Source of the DNA: Sphingobacterium sp.
GTDB lineage: Bacteria > Bacteroidota > Bacteroidia > Sphingobacteriales > Sphingobacteriaceae
Length of the DNA stretch: 64,000 nt
Direction: 5' to 3'
Assembly (NCBI GenBank): GCA_052092145.1
Contig: JBQDCW010000001.1
Coordinates: 181,360-245,359 of the forward strand
Below the pieces are notes generated by a model that worked only from the letters and a program-made list of their open reading frames with translations, searched no databases and was not told the origin of the DNA. Below, piece after piece: positions 1 through 7,856 of this stretch (its first letter is position 1; each line of letters begins with the position of its first letter). Position numbers and translations under genes: made by a program.

Positions 1-83
1 GCATCTTGGCTCATGGCCCCTCTTTTACTGGTCAATACAGCCAAAACAGCCTCTTGTGTTGCAGTATTTCTTCGTTTCACCAT
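1..83 (-). CDS. Fur-family transcriptional repressor, N-terminal fragment (gene continues beyond left edge)
   Basis: Reverse complement of 1-83 starts ATG GTG AAA CGA and reads MVKRRNTATQEAVLAVLTSKRGAMSQD, open to the window edge. The R-N-T-x-x-Q-x-x-V-L-x-V-L start resembles the N-terminal DNA-binding helix region of Fur/Zur/PerR proteins. It is absent from the ORF track because it is truncated. Confidence 0.45.
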   Translation of the reverse strand, partial: MVKRRNTATQEAVLAVLTSKRGAMSQD

Positions 84-129
84 GCTCAAAATTAATCAAA
101 TATTCTTATTGCAACAAGTTTGTATTAAT

Positions 130-152
130 TTAACGCGACACAGTCGCGTTAA
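130..152. promoter_or_regulatory. Perfect 10-bp inverted repeat TTAACGCGAC-ACA-GTCGCGTTAA (candidate operator)
   Basis: Read directly. Arms are at 130-139 and 143-152 with a 3-nt spacer. It lies in the divergent intergenic region between the Fur-like gene (start 83, minus) and the flavoprotein gene (start 286, plus). No flanking T-run, so it is not a terminator. Confidence 0.45.
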
Positions 153-285
153 TAAAAAAATATTCCTACCTTTACCAAATGTTTATTCAGGAATGATCAG
201 GAGAACAATCATAAAACAAGGCAGACTTGCTTTAACAGCTTTGACACTACCTTTTCCATGAATTGCATTAACTAAATATAATCAT

Positions 286-1194
286 ATGACAGACAATAAA
301 AATTTTGACGTTATCATAATCGGCGGAAGTTACGCTGGACTTTCTGCTGCGATGGCATTAGGGCGTTCACTGCGAAACGTATTAGTAATCGACAGCGGCT
401 TACCTTGTAATAGGCAGACTCCGCATTCGCACAATTTTTTAACCCAGGACGGAAAAACCCCAAGTGAAATCGCAACGCTTGCAAAAGAACAGGTTGAAAA
501 ATATGAAACTATAACATTTCATAACGGCCTTGCCACCGGTGGCATCAAATCAGAAGATGGTTTTGAAATTACAACAGATACACAGGACAAGTTCAGATCG
601 AAGAAATTGATTTTTGCAACAGGACTAAAAGACCTGATGCCAGATATCAAGGGGTTTGCAGCCTGTTGGGGCATTTCTATTATTCATTGTCCGTATTGCC
701 ACGGTTTCGAGTATCGAAATCAAAATACAGGAATTATTGCCAATGGAGAAAAAGCTTTTCATCTTGCATCGCTAGTCAATAATTTAACAAAGGAACTTAC
801 CATATTGACTAATGGAAAAGCTGATTTCAATTTAGAACAAATTGAAAAGCTAAACGCGCACGCTATAAAAATTATAGAGACTGGTATTTCTGAAGTTGAA
901 CACGAAAACGGCCAACTAAAACAGGTGATTTTTGACGATGGTAATCACTTGGATTTTAATGCTGTCTACGCCGCAATCCCGTTTGCGCAACATTCAGATA
1001 TTCCGCTTTCCTTAGGTTGCGAAATTACCGAAGAAGGTTATATCAAAGTAGATCCCTTTCAGAAGACAACTATTGAAGATGTATTTGCGTGCGGGGACAA
1101 TTCCAGTATGATGCGTTCCGTTGCCAATGCGGTGTACACGGGAAATCTCACAGGGGCAATGGCAAACGGTTTACTTTCAGCCGCAGAATTTTAA
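286..1194 (+). CDS. Thioredoxin-reductase-like NAD(P)/FAD-dependent oxidoreductase with CPYC motif
   Basis: 302-aa ORF. N-terminal FAD fingerprint DVIIIGGSYAGLSAA, C-terminal FACGDNS motif, and an internal redox-type IIHCPYCHG where TrxR carries CAxC. Confidence 0.8.
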   Translation: MTDNKNFDVIIIGGSYAGLSAAMALGRSLRNVLVIDSGLPCNRQTPHSHNFLTQDGKTPSEIATLAKEQVEKYETITFHNGLATGGIKSEDGFEITTDTQDKFRSKKLIFATGLKDLMPDIKGFAACWGISIIHCPYCHGFEYRNQNTGIIANGEKAFHLASLVNNLTKELTILTNGKADFNLEQIEKLNAHAIKIIETGISEVEHENGQLKQVIFDDGNHLDFNAVYAAIPFAQHSDIPLSLGCEITEEGYIKVDPFQKTTIEDVFACGDNSSMMRSVANAVYTGNLTGAMANGLLSAAEF

Positions 1195-1457
1195 TGATTT
1201 ATTTTTCAGATATGGTAAAAGTTTTTATAACGGACTTGCAAACAGAAATTCAGGTAAATGAAATATCAAGCACGATTAAGAATGAAGCTACCGACTTGGA
1301 AATCAGCTTCGACCTGAACGAAACGGGTCTCCCTTTTCCATGCGGACACACAATTCTGAGAATTGCGGGCAGTCAGATTTTTCCCGACAAAATTATAGCG
1401 ACAGTACGTAGATTAGGATTTAATTGTGATATTTTGGAAGACAAAGTTTGCAGATAA
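1194..1457 (+). CDS. Small hypothetical protein, ferredoxin/HMA-like fold without CxxC (paralog of 50915..51202)
   Basis: This is the 3' part of track ORF 1089..1457. The ATG at 1194 overlaps the upstream stop (TAATG). An alternative ATG at 1212 gives MVKVFITDL... The alternating hydrophobic pattern fits beta-alpha-beta-beta-alpha-beta. It shares ISFDL..ILRI..II.TV..GFNC.IL with the 50915..51202 product. Confidence 0.5.
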   Translation: MIYFSDMVKVFITDLQTEIQVNEISSTIKNEATDLEISFDLNETGLPFPCGHTILRIAGSQIFPDKIIATVRRLGFNCDILEDKVCR

Positions 1458-1499
1458 GTTCATAACAATCAGTCCCTAGGGATAAAACAGGTCAAACCC

Positions 1500-1577
1500 A
1501 TGAACGTTTTCGCACGATTGATAGCCGCTATAATTACGTCATGCAATAATAACAAACATCCAGGAAAAATAGTATGA
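1500..1577 (+). other. 25-codon mini-ORF encoding a lipoprotein-type signal peptide, out of frame with the downstream methyltransferase
   Basis: ATG at 1500 reads MNVFARLIAAIITSCNNNKHPGKIV then TGA at 1575-1577, overlapping the ATG at 1574. An A5 run lies at 1565-1569. Adding one nucleotide there fuses it in frame to MKHKEHTHQHHG... Confidence 0.4.
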
Positions 1578-2185
1578 AACATAAAGAACACACCCACCAA
1601 CACCACGGATTTACAGACAAAATGTTTATAGAAGAAGTTGCCAAGAGATTGGAATCAACGGAACGCGATTCCATTGAGCGACCTCAAAAAGTGATTCAAT
1701 TTATTGGTGAGATAAAAGGAAAAACAGTACTAGACATTGGAGCGGGAACGGGTTACTATGCGTTGAAATTCACGAATAAAGGAGCACATGTTATTGCAGC
1801 CGACATGAATGCGGGATTTCAAGATTATCTGAAATTACGGGTTGAGAAGAACGATATAAAAAACATTGAACTACGAGAAACACCATTCGACAACCCGTTA
1901 TTAAAAGACAAAGAAGCTGATATCGTATTTATCGCCAACACGTACCATCACATTGAAAATCGAACCGACTACTTCTCCAAGGTTAAAAAAGGGCTTACCT
2001 TAAATGGACAACTGATTGTATTAGATTATTTCAATATAGATTTACCAAAAGAGATTACCGCACCACCAATGGAAATGAGAGTGTCCATTGACCAAGCAGT
2101 AATGGAGTTGAAGAAATCAGGATTCACTTCTTTTGAAATAGAGGTCAATCTGCTGCCTTACCATTACATGATCAGAGCAAAATAA
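1574..2185 (+). CDS. Class I SAM-dependent methyltransferase with His-rich N-terminus
   Basis: 203-aa ORF with SAM-binding motif I VLDIGAGTGYYALKF and an acidic loop IAADMN. The N-terminus is MKHKEHTHQHHG. Confidence 0.8.
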   Translation: MKHKEHTHQHHGFTDKMFIEEVAKRLESTERDSIERPQKVIQFIGEIKGKTVLDIGAGTGYYALKFTNKGAHVIAADMNAGFQDYLKLRVEKNDIKNIELRETPFDNPLLKDKEADIVFIANTYHHIENRTDYFSKVKKGLTLNGQLIVLDYFNIDLPKEITAPPMEMRVSIDQAVMELKKSGFTSFEIEVNLLPYHYMIRAK

Positions 2186-2193
2186 ATACAACA

Positions 2194-2221
2194 GCCACCC
2201 GATCGTTGAATCGGAAGTGGC
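2194..2221. terminator. Hairpin between convergent genes (weak terminator candidate)
   Basis: GCCACCCGAT-cgttga-ATCGGaaGTGGC. A T-rich tail is present only on the minus strand (tgttgtatttatttt). It lies 9 nt after the methyltransferase stop. Confidence 0.3.
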
Positions 2222-2323
2222 CAATGTATTGCATCGATGAGGCTAGTATGGGGTGTCATTTCTGATCAGAGAACGTTTCAAGATGCAAGCCCGATCGTTT
2301 AAGGTATAGACGATTTCAGTTCA

Positions 2324-4141
2324 TTAGAAAATATAAGTTAGACCAACCGATCCCCCGCCATGGAAGGTGTCCCTTTTGGGATCCGCCCCCCAAAACTTCC
2401 AGGTCGTTCCTTTAACTCCCGGCTCAGGATGTATTGCCTGAGAATACGTCAATGACGGAGCGGCGTATACTTGAAGATGGGAACCGATGTTGACGGCGGG
2501 GATAATACGCAATGTACTTCGATGGGCTTCATTATGCTTAAAGTCTTTATCAAAATGGATTCGATTACCCAACTCTGTTGATAAAGTGAATCTCGTACCT
2601 TTCATCAGATGTGCACCTATACCAACCTCGATACCGTACTGTAAGTTTGCGTCGGTTAGATAGGTTCCCAATCCCAAGATACTGTACATGACCCGTCCGC
2701 CACTTTTAAAGTTCAAAGCAACAAACTCACTCTCATCGACTCCCAGTGAAAGTTGGCGGGAACCCGTTCTTATCCAGTTAAAAACACCGATAGGGTAATC
2801 ACTGCTATCAGCAATATTAACGACGGCCAATTGCACACCATGCACTTTCTTGGCAATATTGACCCCGCCCGCTACTTGGATAAACGCTTCATCCGTGGCT
2901 ATATTCATAAATCCAGCCACTTGCGTACCATTGACCTTCTTGGCCTTGTTGATCCCTCCTGCCAATTGGATGGACGCTTGATCCTTGGTTATATTCATCA
3001 ATCCGGCTACTTGCCCTCCATGCACAGTTGTTGCCCTACTGATTCCGCCTGTTAATTGTGCTCCCGATTCAATCGTGTCTGCACTGTTCCAGATACCGGC
3101 CACTTGTATGCCCGATAATTTGTTCAAGCCAACATTTCCAATTCCCGCGGCTTGAAATCCTTTGATGTTACCGCCCACCATATTGGACAAACCTGCAAAT
3201 TGAACCCCATGCATATCAAATTGATTCACATTGAATCCAGCTGCTAATTCCATTCCGGTTACCCCTGCGGTATATCCACCAATAATGTTCAATGAAAATT
3301 TATTGACGACCTGTGAGTTAAAGAAACCGTGCGTACTCAATCCTGGGGTCATGGATATCTGGAATGGGCTATAAACAAAGAACCCTCTTAAATTTAAATT
3401 TTGAAGTCGTTGTCTGGAGCTGGTAAAAAAGCGACCAAGAGCAGAATTTGAAATGGTTTTGCTGGAATCTGAGGTAGGGTAATAGCCTATTTTCCTCTCT
3501 TCGTTCGACAGCTCGATTGGAAGTAACAATACAAGCATGGTATCCCGATAGTTATCTTTGCTCAATGCGATTGTAAATGAGTTCTCCGGGTGCTTTACAT
3601 CCAACTCGAAATACCCACTCTTTTCTGTTAATGTGGACGCACGAAACCTACCTCGATCGTAAACTGTCACGAAACTAATCGGTTTGTTTGTTCGAATGTC
3701 TTTGACATATCCCGAAATCATCGTTCGATTGTTTTTTGTTGTATCGATATCGACGGTACTGATATCCATCCGTTTGGGAGCATAGGTAATAATGATGTGG
3801 GAATTAGTTTCTTTAAAGCTGTATTTTTCCCCAAGTAGTTTTTCCAAATAATTGATTAACAACCCTTTGTATCGGTCAGTGTGAACTTCCTTGTCTAGAT
3901 CAAGCAAGTTACTGTTGTAAGAAAACAAGACGGATTGTTCCTTTCTCAGTACATCAAAAACCTCCCGTACAGTCTCCCCTTCGAACTTCGGTAGCTGTAT
4001 GTGACTGGAAAGCCCGGTTTGAGAATAAAGGGGTAAACAATTGAGGTTCATGATCAGAAAAGCTACGATAAAAAGCTTTGATCTTCGTAAAATGTAAATG
4101 ATTATTTTCAAGTGCATGATAAATTTATAATACTCGGACAT
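2324..4141 (-). CDS. STN-domain plus carboxypeptidase-regulatory-like domain outer-membrane protein with G-x-Q-x-A-G-x-x-N repeats (no TonB-dependent transporter body)
   Basis: 605-aa ORF 5 nt downstream of the FecR gene. It has a hydrophobic N-terminal signal. The STN-like segment is IQLPKFEGETVREVFDVLRKEQSVLFSYNSNLLDLDKEV...IIITYA. The CarboxypepD_reg-like segment is ISGYVKDIRTNKPISFVTVYD...GYFELDV. A repeat block follows, and the C-terminus ...GGGSVGLTYIF has the terminal aromatic residue typical of OM barrels. Confidence 0.65.
   Translation of the reverse strand: MSEYYKFIMHLKIIIYILRRSKLFIVAFLIMNLNCLPLYSQTGLSSHIQLPKFEGETVREVFDVLRKEQSVLFSYNSNLLDLDKEVHTDRYKGLLINYLEKLLGEKYSFKETNSHIIITYAPKRMDISTVDIDTTKNNRTMISGYVKDIRTNKPISFVTVYDRGRFRASTLTEKSGYFELDVKHPENSFTIALSKDNYRDTMLVLLLPIELSNEERKIGYYPTSDSSKTISNSALGRFFTSSRQRLQNLNLRGFFVYSPFQISMTPGLSTHGFFNSQVVNKFSLNIIGGYTAGVTGMELAAGFNVNQFDMHGVQFAGLSNMVGGNIKGFQAAGIGNVGLNKLSGIQVAGIWNSADTIESGAQLTGGISRATTVHGGQVAGLMNITKDQASIQLAGGINKAKKVNGTQVAGFMNIATDEAFIQVAGGVNIAKKVHGVQLAVVNIADSSDYPIGVFNWIRTGSRQLSLGVDESEFVALNFKSGGRVMYSILGLGTYLTDANLQYGIEVGIGAHLMKGTRFTLSTELGNRIHFDKDFKHNEAHRSTLRIIPAVNIGSHLQVYAAPSLTYSQAIHPEPGVKGTTWKFWGADPKRDTFHGGGSVGLTYIF
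2762..3208 (-). repeat. Intragenic tandem degenerate repeats (about 10-11 aa unit; two 30-aa super-units at 2840-2929 and 2930-3019)
   Basis: The protein reads GVQFAGLSNMV GFQAAGIGNVG GIQVAGIWNSA ... GGQVAGLMNITKDQASIQLAGGINKAKKVN / GTQVAGFMNIATDEAFIQVAGGVNIAKKVH / GVQLAVVNIAD. The two 90-nt units are visibly similar at DNA level. Confidence 0.8.
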
Positions 4142-4146
4142 GGTGC

Positions 4147-5109
4147 TTAATTGATATAATAGGTGTTATCTTTTTTACTTATTTGTAAATCGAATGTTTT
4201 CAAAATAACATCCACGATCTCATTCAGGTTATGTTGTTCGAATGTCGCGGTGTACCTCAGGTCCATCGTCTTCGGCTTTTCAATGACAAATTGTTTTCCG
4301 TACGCTTTTCCCAGGACATCGAAAACTCGCGACAAAGGTGTGTTTTCGAACACAAATTGTTGATGGACATAATATCGGTAGAGCTGATCAGGAATCGTGT
4401 CGATAAGCACCTTCTGTTTTGAGGTATCTGAAACAACCACCTTCTGATTGGGTTTTAAAAGGAGTTCTTGCTCACCATAGCCAACTTTTACCGAACCGCT
4501 CGCTACAATTACCTCGGTATGTCCGCCTTCGCGCCGGACATGGAAACTTGTTCCCAGTACGGTGATTTTACTACTACCGCTTTCGATCACAAAAGGCTGG
4601 TTCCGATCTTCTTTTACATCAAAGAAGACCGAGCCTTTGAATAACTGAACCTTTCGGTCTTTTCTAAGCCATGCTTTTTTATACACCATTTCTGCATGGG
4701 TATTCAGATGTACTGTACTGCCATCGGGTAGCCCAACATGTTGAATCTGCAGGTCTGTTTTTAGTGTTTTCTCTACACTGAATATTGATTGGAGGCCCCA
4801 ATAAGCTAGCACACCAAACAATAAAGATGCGGCAACGCTTATCCAATTGCGGTAGGCCTTTTTTGAGGTCGTATCAAGAGGTTTGACCTTATCCTCCAAA
4901 CCATCACGCTTCTGTATAAAGTTCGACCAGGCACTATCGATGTCGATTTCAGGAATTTGGCCAGGTTCATTTCCGATATCCCATACTTTTTTCATCTCTT
5001 CTAGTTCCTTCTTATTGTTCTCATTTTCAATGACCCAGGCTTCCACTAAAAGGCGTTCCTGCCGATCAGCCTCTCCTACTATATATTTTACGATCAATTC
5101 CTTTTTCAT
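4147..5109 (-). CDS. FecR-family anti-sigma factor / transmembrane sensor
   Basis: 320-aa ORF. It has an N-terminal anti-sigma segment, a single TM (ISVAASLLFGVLAYWGL), a FecR-like periplasmic domain, and a C-terminal FVFENTPLSRVFDVLGKAYGKQFVI... module of the type that pairs with STN domains. Confidence 0.9.
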   Translation of the reverse strand: MKKELIVKYIVGEADRQERLLVEAWVIENENNKKELEEMKKVWDIGNEPGQIPEIDIDSAWSNFIQKRDGLEDKVKPLDTTSKKAYRNWISVAASLLFGVLAYWGLQSIFSVEKTLKTDLQIQHVGLPDGSTVHLNTHAEMVYKKAWLRKDRKVQLFKGSVFFDVKEDRNQPFVIESGSSKITVLGTSFHVRREGGHTEVIVASGSVKVGYGEQELLLKPNQKVVVSDTSKQKVLIDTIPDQLYRYYVHQQFVFENTPLSRVFDVLGKAYGKQFVIEKPKTMDLRYTATFEQHNLNEIVDVILKTFDLQISKKDNTYYIN

Positions 5110-5201
5110 TATAATATTTATTTACAAATGAAATTTCTCCGTGACATAATGAACTCGATACATTTGGTCTTCGTCTTTGTTTAAGGCCGTTTCTGTCGAT
5201 T

Positions 5202-5735
5202 TCATAATCCTGACATAATGATTAAAGCCAGCACACTTAAATAATCTGCCAGATGAAGTCTCAAATGTTTCAGTGCTTTAGTCATATGTCCTTCCACTGT
5301 TTTCAACGAAAGCGTTAATTCATCGGCGATTTCTTGGTATTTCAATTCGTGAAACCTACTCATCTCAAACACCGTCCTACTCTTTTCAGGCAATTTAGCC
5401 AGTGCCACATGCAACTGTTTCCGCAATTCGCGATCACTTTGTTGCGCATAGACATCGTCGCCACCGAGGTGCCGTTGATACACTTCGTATTTTGCTTTCC
5501 GCTGTTCTTTCTTGAGGAGATTCATACTTTCATTGAAAACCGCCCGATACAGATACGCGCGAACAGAGGTATGGATGTCTTGTTGCCAATCCTTTTCCCA
5601 TAATTTTAGAAACACCTGTTGAACGGTTTCTTCAGCTGTATCCGAATCGCTTAATATTTTGAAAGCGTATCGATGCAGTTCTTTAAAATAAGCCCTGAAC
5701 ACCTCTTCGAATTTTTTCTCTTTATCTAAGAGCAT
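5202..5735 (-). CDS. ECF (sigma-70 family) RNA polymerase sigma factor
   Basis: 177-aa ORF. Region 2 reads LHRYAFKILSDSDTAEETVQQVFLKLWEK. Region 4 HTH reads FHELKYQEIADELTLSLKTVEGHMTKAL. Confidence 0.9.
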   Translation of the reverse strand: MLLDKEKKFEEVFRAYFKELHRYAFKILSDSDTAEETVQQVFLKLWEKDWQQDIHTSVRAYLYRAVFNESMNLLKKEQRKAKYEVYQRHLGGDDVYAQQSDRELRKQLHVALAKLPEKSRTVFEMSRFHELKYQEIADELTLSLKTVEGHMTKALKHLRLHLADYLSVLALIIMSGL

Positions 5736-5980
5736 AGTTATATCATGCTTTTTTTAATTTTCGGCAACCAGCCTCTCTCGACTGTGCTCGCTATACTATA
5801 AAGACAATCAATTTGGCTTTAACCCTTACAGAATTATTCGTTTTTTTTCATTCCTTAAATCTTTTAGCAAAATAAAGAATGTGTTTATCTTTTTTCAATT
5901 AATGATAAGGGTACTGCTGGAATCAACTGTCATAGTTATAAAGAAAATTCACAGCATTAAATTTTAAACGTAATCACAAA

Positions 5981-6556
5981 ATGAAAGAAATGAAAAAACA
6001 AGCGAAGTATGGACTGATGATTCTCGCCTTATGTCTGGGTTTACAAGTAACCACCCATGCCCAGGATATAGCGTACGGCGTGAAAGCCGGCGCTTTATAT
6101 AATATGCCGAGCTATGGCAACAAGGCGGTTAGTAATTCTGATTCAAAGTTTGGAGTGCAAGCTGGTGTCTTCGCCCGCACGACTAAAAAACTTTATGTAG
6201 AAGGAGAACTGGCATTCTCTACTTTTAAATCAGCGTACACTTTTCAGCAAAAAAGTTATGATCCAACATTTTACCAATTAAATGTACCCGTTCAATTGGG
6301 GTATAAATTAGTGGAAACCGATCGCATGAATTTGCGCGGCTCGTTCGGCGCTCAGGTAAACTACAATTTAAAGAAAAACAAGGCCACAGATAACGCAGAT
6401 TTCAATACGGTTCTGTACGACGGTATTGTTAGTCTAGGGACTGATATCGATCAGTTTTCCATAGACCTTAGGTACAACCATTCTATCAACAAAACGAGCA
6501 AGGATCTTGAAAGCCGAAATCGGATGATAGGTTTATCGTTCGGCTATAAGTTTTAA
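5981..6556 (+). CDS. Small outer-membrane beta-barrel (porin-family) protein
   Basis: 191-aa ORF with a signal peptide ending TTHAQD, alternating amphipathic strands, and a C-terminal ...IGLSFGYKF. Confidence 0.7.
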   Translation: MKEMKKQAKYGLMILALCLGLQVTTHAQDIAYGVKAGALYNMPSYGNKAVSNSDSKFGVQAGVFARTTKKLYVEGELAFSTFKSAYTFQQKSYDPTFYQLNVPVQLGYKLVETDRMNLRGSFGAQVNYNLKKNKATDNADFNTVLYDGIVSLGTDIDQFSIDLRYNHSINKTSKDLESRNRMIGLSFGYKF

Positions 6557-6570
6557 GTTCAGGTATATTA

Positions 6571-6610
6571 CGTTGAAAAGCCTAATAAAACGGCTTTTCA
6601 ACGTTTTTTA
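6571..6610 (+). terminator. Rho-independent terminator
   Basis: Perfect 12-bp stem CGTTGAAAAGCC / GGCTTTTCAACG with a 9-nt loop, followed by TTTTTTA. It lies 15 nt after the stop at 6556. Confidence 0.85.
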
Positions 6611-6861
6611 TTAAATTATGAAGATTTACTAAGTGACAAATATCACGGCTTGGGACTCTTACATCTCGCCCGAGCTTGCATGTAGCCTAAGGCACAGTTC
6701 AAAAATAGTATTGTTGGTGCCGGCAGGTCTGTTTTTAATAAAGCATATCAAAATCACCACGCATCAGGTTATTTTTTTCGTTGTGCGAAATACTTTCGCG
6801 ACCCATGGTGAGATTTGTCTGGATAAATCGATGAATCCTATTCACGTGCTTCCATAAGGCA

Positions 6862-7641
6862 TTATTGATGCGTATGATGGTGATCTCCATGACTGTGGGT
6901 ATGGTCATGTCCGCCAAAAAACAGCGTTGTAAGGGACAATAGAATGCCAAGGAGAACTGCCAGGAATTTCTTTTTGTTGAAAAGGTGATGATCAACAGAA
7001 CCAGACTCGAATAGTATGGTCGTGGAAACATGCAGAAATATACCGATCACAACCGCCATCATTTTATCGAAATGTAAGGCAATACTACCGACCGCGTGAT
7101 CACTAATTGCCTTGCTGGTAAGAAACCCTAAAGGTGTCATTAATGCAAAAACAGCTAAACTCCCAATAAGTAAGTTCTTGGACATCTGACCAGCTAATAA
7201 CAAGCTACCTAGGGCGAAAGCGGCTGGCACGTGGTGAATAGCAATACCAATTACCAAATGTGACTGTTGTTCGGCAACCAAGGGCATACCTTCCAAAAAA
7301 GCATGCAGACATAAACTGACCATGACGGGGACCGGGAATCCAGACAGTTGATTCTTGTTCATATGCACATGACCGTGTTCAATACCCTTAGAGAAATGCT
7401 CCAGAAATAATTGGAACAAGAACCCTCCCAGTATGTATAATCCAATCGTTTCCATCTGATCTCCAGCACTATGGTATACATGAGGAATAAGGTGTAGTAC
7501 TGTCAATCCAAAAAGATAAGCGCCACTAAACGATAGAATTAACTTTAGAAAAGTTGAATTATTTTTTTTTACTAAAAATACCGCCATACCGCTGAGGAAG
7601 GCGGACGCGAAAAGAATGGAAACAATAAGTAAAGCGTTCAT
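6862..7641 (-). CDS. ZIP-family divalent metal transporter with His-rich C-terminal tail
   Basis: 259-aa polytopic membrane ORF with ZIP-like HxxPxxxxxG segments (HHVPAAFALG, LHAFLEGMP). The C-terminus is GGHDHTHSHGDHHHTHQ. Confidence 0.85.
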   Translation of the reverse strand: MNALLIVSILFASAFLSGMAVFLVKKNNSTFLKLILSFSGAYLFGLTVLHLIPHVYHSAGDQMETIGLYILGGFLFQLFLEHFSKGIEHGHVHMNKNQLSGFPVPVMVSLCLHAFLEGMPLVAEQQSHLVIGIAIHHVPAAFALGSLLLAGQMSKNLLIGSLAVFALMTPLGFLTSKAISDHAVGSIALHFDKMMAVVIGIFLHVSTTILFESGSVDHHLFNKKKFLAVLLGILLSLTTLFFGGHDHTHSHGDHHHTHQ

Positions 7642-7856
7642 TTTATTTTATATTAACGTTGTCCGTGTTTATTGATACAGTGGGTCGAAATCAAGTCTCA
7701 CCTGTGAAGATAACCCCTTGTCTTTTCAGGAACTCACGTGGTTTTTAGCTCCCCCGTTTAGTTGCGTGAACTGTATGAATTGATCCACCAGGAGTTAACC
7801 AATGTTTCATGCGATAAATCCTATTCCTTCGATCGACTCGGCAAATATAAAGAATG

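Noticed and set aside
13-261. 82-aa plus-strand ORF at the left edge
   Set aside because: Its 5' part is antisense to the better-supported Fur-like N-terminus, and the rest spans the inverted-repeat promoter region. There are no motifs.
2753-3055. 100-aa plus-strand ORF antisense to the STN-repeat gene
   Set aside because: It lies entirely within the periodic repeat region of a well-supported minus-strand gene. The low-complexity periodic sequence removes stops on the opposite strand. The product has no recognisable features.
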